Source: an uncultured Dehalococcoidia bacterium (GTDB lineage: Bacteria; Chloroflexota; Dehalococcoidia; Lucifugimonadales; UBA1127). Taken from it: a stretch of 64,000 nucleotides of DNA. Made by a program: the position numbers and the translations under genes. Below are positions 58,626 to 64,000 of this stretch, piece by piece; the first letter of the stretch is position 1, and every line of letters starts with the position of its first letter. The notes beneath the pieces were generated by a model, which ran no database searches, was not told the origin of the DNA, and saw only the letters and a program-made list of their open reading frames with translations. The stretch lies in contig CAZVDP010000007.1 of assembly GCA_964625945.1 (NCBI GenBank), positions 6,135 through 70,134 on the forward strand, in the 5' to 3' direction.

Positions 58626-59756
58626 TTAGGATCTGATCGGATCGCCCTGCGGCTCAGCTCCACTCTCGCTTGTAGGGGGCAATGCTTTCGCGTCGCAGGA
58701 TTTTCTCCTGCTATCCCAGAAACAAGTGAGTATATGCTCAGGCTCGATCGAAACTCGCACTCTATCTCCCGTGTCGTAGACAGCCGTGTGAGCAACCAAA
58801 CTGTGGACAACACCGGAATCTAAGGCCACCGTATAAAGATAGTGCATGCCTTCAAATAATCGCGCAGTTATATATCCTTGACCCGACAAATCTGGTGTAA
58901 TCGTTACGCAGTCCGGCCTAACCATCACTTCTGGTGTCGCCCCAACCGGAAGCTCATCAGGGATATCAACAAACCCTATCTCAGTTTCTAAAACTCGCCC
59001 CTCAATTGAAGCAGGTAAGAAATCGGCGGTTTCCAAGAAACGAGCAACAAACGGTGATCTAGGCTGATGGAAAACCGTTTCTGGCGTATCAATTTGTTCC
59101 AGCTTTCCTTCGGTCATTACGCCAACCTGATCACCCATAAATAACGCCTCCCCTTGATCATGGGTGACGAAGATCGCAGTCACATCGTTCGACCGAAGGA
59201 TGTCTTTGACCTCGCCGCGCATCCGTTCCCGAAGTTGTGTATCTAGATTGCTAAATGGCTCGTCCAAGAACAGTGCCAAGGGACGAGTAGCCAGAGCTCG
59301 GGCCAACGCAACCCTTTGCTGTTCCCCACCAGAAAGTTGGTCAGGGTAACGACCACCGAAGTCCTTCAATCCAACTAGGACTAACAGTTCATGAACACGA
59401 TCATTGCGGTCATTACTATCCCAATTCCTAATACCGTACCCTACATTATCTGCGACAGTCTGGTGCGGAAACAAAGCGTAGTCCTGGAATACCATCCCAA
59501 TACCACGTTTCTCGGGAGGTACAGAAAAGGACGGATCTGCCACGCCTTTACCGCCAAGTACTATACGGCCCTTGCTAGGCGTCTCTAACCCCGCTAGCAT
59601 CCGCAGCAGAGTAGTTTTCCCACAACCGCTAGGTCCTAAGAGTGCGAGGATACGACCTTGATCTACAGAGAAACTTACATTATCGACAACCAGAGAATCT
59701 CCGAAGCTCTTGGAGACTTCTATGCACTCAATGACAGCTGTTTTATCCGGTGCGAT
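58626..59756 (-). CDS. ABC transporter ATP-binding protein (FbpC/PotA-like with C-terminal TOBE-like domain); start codon uncertain
   Basis: It has signature 'LSGGEQQR' and Walker B 'LFLDEP'. Walker A 'GPSGCGKTT' is encoded at about 59619-59645, upstream of the first ATG (59600). The frame is open up to stop TAA at 59786-59784 with no ATG/GTG/TTG in between. Confidence 0.75.
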   Translation of the reverse strand: MAPDKTAVIECIEVSKSFGDSLVVDNVSFSVDQGRILALLGPSGCGKTTLLRMLAGLETPSKGRIVLGGKGVADPSFSVPPEKRGIGMVFQDYALFPHQTVADNVGYGIRNWDSNDRNDRVHELLVLVGLKDFGGRYPDQLSGGEQQRVALARALATRPLALFLDEPFSNLDTQLRERMRGEVKDILRSNDVTAIFVTHDQGEALFMGDQVGVMTEGKLEQIDTPETVFHQPRSPFVARFLETADFLPASIEGRVLETEIGFVDIPDELPVGATPEVMVRPDCVTITPDLSGQGYITARLFEGMHYLYTVALDSGVVHSLVAHTAVYDTGDRVRVSIEPEHILTCFWDSRRKSCDAKALPPTSESGAEPQGDPIRS

Positions 59757-59831
59757 AACGACGTACCCCGTTCCTTTACCCGATTATTCCATTGAGTATA
59801 GCCAGTAGCCGTAAGATCACGCAAGCTCGTA

Positions 59832-61454
59832 CTAATGCCGGGAACGGTCCAAATACGTTCCAACACCCAGCACGAATGAGGAAACAACAATCAACAAAAG
59901 TGCCGGGAATGCAGCACGCGCGAAGAATGCTTCAGAGGCCGCGGCCCATATCGTTGTGGCCAACGTTTTGAAACCGATCGGGCTCAGAATCAATGTGGCC
60001 GGAAGCTCTTTGATCGTTACAAGAAACACCAAGACAAAACCAGCTATCAGGCCTGGCCTCGCCGACGGCATGACAATCGACCACAACACCTGTATCGGCC
60101 TACGGCCAAGCGTCCGAGCTGCCTCTTCGAGGCGAGGGTTCAATTGGGATAGATTAGAGCGAATTGGCGATAAAGCGACCGGGAGGAAAAGGACGAGGTA
60201 TGAGAAGGTAAGAAGTCCAAAACTTTGATATAGCCACGGAACCACATTCAATCCAAAGAAAACCAATGAAAGTGCGACTACAATTCCGGGCAAGGTATAT
60301 CCAGCATACGTTAAGCGCTCAAGCAATCTAGAGAGAGAACCAGGGTGCCGAATCAACAAACTTGCAACAGGTAGCGACATGCTAACGGCGAAGAACGCGG
60401 CTATCGCTGATGAGTACACTGAATTCATCAGCGTGCTCGATACACTTCCCAGGTTCTCCCCCATTTGCAGCCCTCGAACAACCCAGTAAGACAATACACC
60501 TAGGGGCATGACCAGGCTGACCAATACTAAACACAAGCATGCGATCAAACAAGGCCAACGCCAAGCTCCGAGTTCTGCCAATTTAGGGGTTCTCGTACCT
60601 CCTGATCCCGTGCGAGCATATCGCCCCCGGCCTCGAGATCGTGATTCCAAATTCAAAATTACCAGTGCACATCCAATCAGAATAATCGACAATGTCGCTG
60701 CCATCTCACGATTAAACGACTCATACTGTAGAAATATAGCCCAGGTAAAGGTCTCGTACCTCATCAAGGAAACTGCTCCAAAATCGCTAAGCGCATAGAG
60801 GCCAGTTAAAAGTGCTCCGGACGCGATAGCCGGACGAACAATAGGGACAGTTGATCGAAAGAATGTTTCCCTAGGCCCACTACCAAGTACTCGCGCTGAT
60901 TCCTCAAATGCAGGATCTAGGCGTAGAAGCGTCGCACGAACTGGAAGTAAAACATACGGATAACTTAAGATCGTCAAAGTCAGTGCAGCGCCAGGGAGCC
61001 CGTAGATTTCTGGAATCCTCTCTACACCAAAAGGTTCCAGAATCGTCTGTAGCATACCCTTCGGCCCCAATACCAACGCCACTACAAAAGCCCCAACATA
61101 GCTAGGGATAACGAGCGGCAACATTGTAAGAACAGCCCAAACCTGTCTAAAAGGAAGATCAGTCCGGACAGTGATCCACGCTACTGGCAGTGCAATCAGC
61201 ACTGAACCGAAAGAGACTAATGTCACCAACAGAAAAGACCTGAAGACGATCTGCAAAGTACGACCACGCTGCACATATTCCAGCATCGCTGAACCAGAAT
61301 CGATGGCTTGAAAGATCAGATAAATCAGTGGCAAGCTCATCGCGGTCGCCACAAGTCCAGCCGCGATTAAAAGATATAACGGCGGCCTATTCAGTCGAAC
61401 CGAAGACGTGCCGTACTGTTTATTAATTGTGATATCGCTACTTGGGTTTTTCAT
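59832..61454 (-). CDS. Iron(III)-type ABC transporter permease (two fused BPD-transport domains)
   Basis: It is 540 aa with about 12 TM segments and a duplicated permease architecture typical of FbpB/ThiP-type proteins. Confidence 0.82.
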   Translation of the reverse strand: MKNPSSDITINKQYGTSSVRLNRPPLYLLIAAGLVATAMSLPLIYLIFQAIDSGSAMLEYVQRGRTLQIVFRSFLLVTLVSFGSVLIALPVAWITVRTDLPFRQVWAVLTMLPLVIPSYVGAFVVALVLGPKGMLQTILEPFGVERIPEIYGLPGAALTLTILSYPYVLLPVRATLLRLDPAFEESARVLGSGPRETFFRSTVPIVRPAIASGALLTGLYALSDFGAVSLMRYETFTWAIFLQYESFNREMAATLSIILIGCALVILNLESRSRGRGRYARTGSGGTRTPKLAELGAWRWPCLIACLCLVLVSLVMPLGVLSYWVVRGLQMGENLGSVSSTLMNSVYSSAIAAFFAVSMSLPVASLLIRHPGSLSRLLERLTYAGYTLPGIVVALSLVFFGLNVVPWLYQSFGLLTFSYLVLFLPVALSPIRSNLSQLNPRLEEAARTLGRRPIQVLWSIVMPSARPGLIAGFVLVFLVTIKELPATLILSPIGFKTLATTIWAAASEAFFARAAFPALLLIVVSSFVLGVGTYLDRSRH

Positions 61455-61502
61455 TTCTGCAGGACTACTCTAGCAGATTCTTTCGTACGGGTTTTCATTC
61501 GA

Positions 61503-62513
61503 TCAGGGAATGGTCCCAGTTTCTCTAAGTAATCTTTGTGTGCCACCCATATCCATAAGATCCTCAAAGTTCAACCTTGGATGAGAGATTGAACTAAGAG
61601 ACCTTGAAGCCAATGAAGTGCGCACATCGGTTTTTAAAGGATACTCATACAGAGTATTGGAGAAATAATCTTGACTCTCAGAGGCTAGTAGGAAATTCAA
61701 GAATTCCAAGGCGTTTGCTTGATGCGATGCGGTCGACAAAACTCCCCCACCTGTAACCATAATAAGGGCACCAGGTCCGCCAGCCCTAGGATGATAGTTA
61801 GCAACAGGGAGATCAGCACCTGTTTGTGCCAACGCTTGATGTAGATAATAGTGGTTCACGAAGGCTGCATCTATCTCTCCTGAAGCGACAGCAGCTAATG
61901 CCGAGGTGTTACTAGCGAATATGTGAGTAGAATTCGCCCGCAACCCGTTGAGCCACGCCAGTGTTTTAGTTTCACCCCATAAAACACGCATAGCAGTCAC
62001 CATCACTTGGGATGAAGTACTTCTAGGGTTCCAACCCATACGGTCTTTCCATTGTCTTTCCACAAAACCCATCAAATCATCCGGCATATCAGCATCAGAG
62101 TATTTCTTGGTGTTGTACGCAACAACACGCGCTCGGGCGGATACGCCAACCCATAGACCAACGTCTGAGCGGGCCCAAGGCGGGACCTGATCTAAAATAT
62201 CTGAAGGGAGCGGGGTTAGTAGTGATAAGACTGAACCTAAAGATGCGGGATCTTGCGCAAGGAATATATCGGCCTTTGTCTTCTTCCCCTCTTCCAATAA
62301 AATAGCTGAGATGTGAGAACTTTCTCCGTACTTCACTCTCACTTTGAGCCCGGAGGCATTGCTAAACCGTTCAATGACCGGAGCTACTAATGTCTCTCTG
62401 CGGCCTGAATAGATCGTAAGGTCAGCGTCATCGGTCGAATCTAGGCAAGCCGGAGTAGTTATTACAAATAAAAAAAGCAGTATGATGGCAAACTTCGAGA
62501 GCGACCGTATCAC
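61503..62513 (-). CDS. ABC transporter periplasmic substrate-binding protein (iron(III)/FbpA-like family)
   Basis: It has a GTG start, a signal peptide with Cys ('TTPAC'), and the length and pattern of an SBP_bac_1/6-like protein. It is the first gene of the transporter operon. Confidence 0.78.
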   Translation of the reverse strand: MIRSLSKFAIILLFLFVITTPACLDSTDDADLTIYSGRRETLVAPVIERFSNASGLKVRVKYGESSHISAILLEEGKKTKADIFLAQDPASLGSVLSLLTPLPSDILDQVPPWARSDVGLWVGVSARARVVAYNTKKYSDADMPDDLMGFVERQWKDRMGWNPRSTSSQVMVTAMRVLWGETKTLAWLNGLRANSTHIFASNTSALAAVASGEIDAAFVNHYYLHQALAQTGADLPVANYHPRAGGPGALIMVTGGGVLSTASHQANALEFLNFLLASESQDYFSNTLYEYPLKTDVRTSLASRSLSSISHPRLNFEDLMDMGGTQRLLRETGTIP

Positions 62514-62748
62514 ACTTAGTCCCTAGCAGGCGGCTGGTTTTTCAGATTGGATTCACGGCGAAACCTAGGTCCCGCTACGACTATCCTAATCAGGATGAGG
62601 CTCGCCTAACTTTTCCCTGTCACCATTGTAGAGGAGGTAACGCAACGCCTCAAGAACACTCGGGGCTTAGGATCACGAGCAAACCATTCACCTGATATAC
62701 TCTGACCACCAGACTCCAATCTGATTCTCGGAGGTCAATAACGAACTC

Positions 62749-63453
62749 ATGAACCAATTTAAGCGAGCAATGGTGGTTGTGGCTCACCCAGATGACGCCG
62801 AGTTTGGCTGTTCAGGGACAGTTGCGCGCTGGAGTGCCTCTGGGGTGGAGGTCACCTACGTCTTGTGTACAGACGGTAGCAAAGGAAGCGACGACGCTCA
62901 GATGACTTCAAGTCGCCTAGCACTAACCCGTAAGCATGAACAACAAGCTGCAGCCGAAGTACTTGGTGTCAAGAATGTTGTGTTCCTAGACTACCCAGAT
63001 AGTTATCTCATCCCCAATTTGGAACTCAGACGGGACATCGCGCGTGAAATCCGTCGACACCGTCCCCAAAAAGTGATCTGTCAGAATCCAATCCGCACAC
63101 TCGCCACTGGGAGAGGAAGTGGACATCCAGACCATATCGCAGCAGGAGAAGCTACTCTTTCCGCTGTCTTCCCAACCGCTCGTGACCGTCTAACTTTCCC
63201 AGAACTCCTAGAAGAAGGCTTGGAGCCACATGCTGTTGAGGAAGTCTTTATTTTCGGTACCGATATGCCTGATTGGTGGATCGACGTTTCAGGCTCGATT
63301 GACAAAGTGGTCGAAGCAATTAAACAACATAAAAGCCAAGTAGGCGATAGACTCGAGGAACTTGATGAACGCATGCGAGCATCAAGGCATTCAGTTGGGA
63401 AACAGCATGGGATGGAATTCGGAGAGGCATTCAAACGCTTAATCTATAATTAA
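62749..63453 (+). CDS. PIG-L / LmbE-family N-acetylglucosaminyl deacetylase
   Basis: It has 'VVVAHPDDAEFGCSGT' and 'HPDH', the zinc-binding motifs of the family. Confidence 0.8.
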   Translation: MNQFKRAMVVVAHPDDAEFGCSGTVARWSASGVEVTYVLCTDGSKGSDDAQMTSSRLALTRKHEQQAAAEVLGVKNVVFLDYPDSYLIPNLELRRDIAREIRRHRPQKVICQNPIRTLATGRGSGHPDHIAAGEATLSAVFPTARDRLTFPELLEEGLEPHAVEEVFIFGTDMPDWWIDVSGSIDKVVEAIKQHKSQVGDRLEELDERMRASRHSVGKQHGMEFGEAFKRLIYN

Positions 63454-63464
63454 TGTATCTACTG

Positions 63465-64000
63465 ATGAGGAAATCGCTCGTCGTATTGTCGGGAATCCTA
63501 CTACTCCCAACACTATTATTCGCGCTTCTGTTCTTCGAAACCAACACATCCTTACTCAAGTCCGCCTTCTACATTGACGGCCTCACCGAACACAAATCTT
63601 ACGATCTACTGTCGAATTCTGTAATTCCAACGATTGCCGAACGAAAACTTGAACAAATTGAGGGTATCCCTGATGCCTTCATGCCCACCTCCGCCGAAAT
63701 TATCAGATTGTCTCACTCGCTCATTCCTGAATCTCTACTACGAGACACTGTCGAGAAGACACTGTTAGTTGTCTTGCCTTATCTCCGGAACGAGACCGAT
63801 ACCTTCATCATCACCTTGTCCAGCGAGAATATAGTGGCACCTGCGATGCGAGAGATCGAGGCATTCATAGATAACCACGAACAGGAACTCCACACTCACA
63901 TCCTTGGCGATACGGTGCCTACCATGATCGACACTTATTTCCTCGGAGAGGATGCAAATAGCCAGCAGCAAATCCTATCAGGAGAACACATAGGAGATGT
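63465..64000 (+). CDS. Hypothetical membrane-anchored protein (3' end cut by the window edge; not in the ORF track)
   Basis: ATG 63465 is followed by 'MRKSLVVLSGILLLPTLLFALLFF' (signal/TM). By manual translation there is no stop in this frame to base 64000. Confidence 0.5.
   Translation, partial: MRKSLVVLSGILLLPTLLFALLFFETNTSLLKSAFYIDGLTEHKSYDLLSNSVIPTIAERKLEQIEGIPDAFMPTSAEIIRLSHSLIPESLLRDTVEKTLLVVLPYLRNETDTFIITLSSENIVAPAMREIEAFIDNHEQELHTHILGDTVPTMIDTYFLGEDANSQQQILSGEHIGD

Noticed and set aside
62514-62748. The roughly 190-nt leader of the fbp-like ABC operon contains nested inverted repeats: ATCCTAATCAGGAT at 62583-62596, ACCTAGGT at 62563-62570, and GGCGA/TCGCC at 62557-62561 / 62602-62606. 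It could be a riboswitch.
   Set aside because: I compared it by eye with TPP (CUGAGA ... ACCUGAUCUGGAUAAUGCCAGCG) and cobalamin (B12-box) consensus elements and the conserved cores are absent. The short hairpins alone are not evidence. A covariance-model scan (Rfam) would be decisive.
1-64000. I looked for CRISPR arrays, rRNA operons, IS/transposase genes, prophage blocks, and reverse-transcriptase or retron-like elements.
   Set aside because: I saw no regularly spaced direct repeats, no rRNA-like conserved stretches and no ORF with transposase, integrase-phage or RT motifs. This was visual inspection only, so a k-mer or self-dot-plot repeat scan would be needed to fully exclude short dispersed repeats.

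Overview
This is a dense, mostly housekeeping bacterial chromosomal segment with about 63 protein-coding genes on both strands and 3 tRNAs (Pro-UGG, Arg-CCG, Glu-UUC). I saw no rRNA, CRISPR array, transposase or prophage genes. The taxon cannot be set from the sequence alone. Recognisable core genes include glyQS, valS, secA, uvrC, dnaN, purA, prs, argC, mdh, folP/folK, mnmA, rnhB, thiE, xerD, and the clusters acpS-nnr-coaX-coaBC and rpiB-pgi-gnd. The standout locus lies at about 1.8-6.2 kb. An EgtD-type histidine N-methyltransferase converges on a minus-strand operon of a SelD-type selenophosphate synthetase, an EgtB-like DinB/FGE-domain enzyme and a TIGR04348-like glycosyltransferase. This is the gene set of the senC-senA-senB selenoneine pathway plus the hercynine-forming enzyme. 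The ORF track truncates the SelD gene. Reading the minus strand shows 32 more codons upstream, running through an in-frame TGA that aligns with the catalytic Cys/Sec of SelD. A perfect 8-bp hairpin, a candidate bacterial SECIS, follows it. The selenophosphate synthetase of this cluster therefore looks like a selenoprotein itself. Other items worth a second look: a nagA plus unknown TIM-barrel pair divergent from the sen operon, an uncharacterised protein made of two tandem copies of a domain with an FDCFD...HYHYG motif, a MazF-type toxin with an atypical 140-aa upstream partner next to tRNA-Glu, a transcarboxylase-like 12S plus 5S-biotin-carrier pair flanked by mdh and an RraA-like gene, and an ABC ATPase whose Walker A motif lies upstream of any canonical start codon. 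Gene starts were re-evaluated by eye where the ORF track clearly over- or under-extended.
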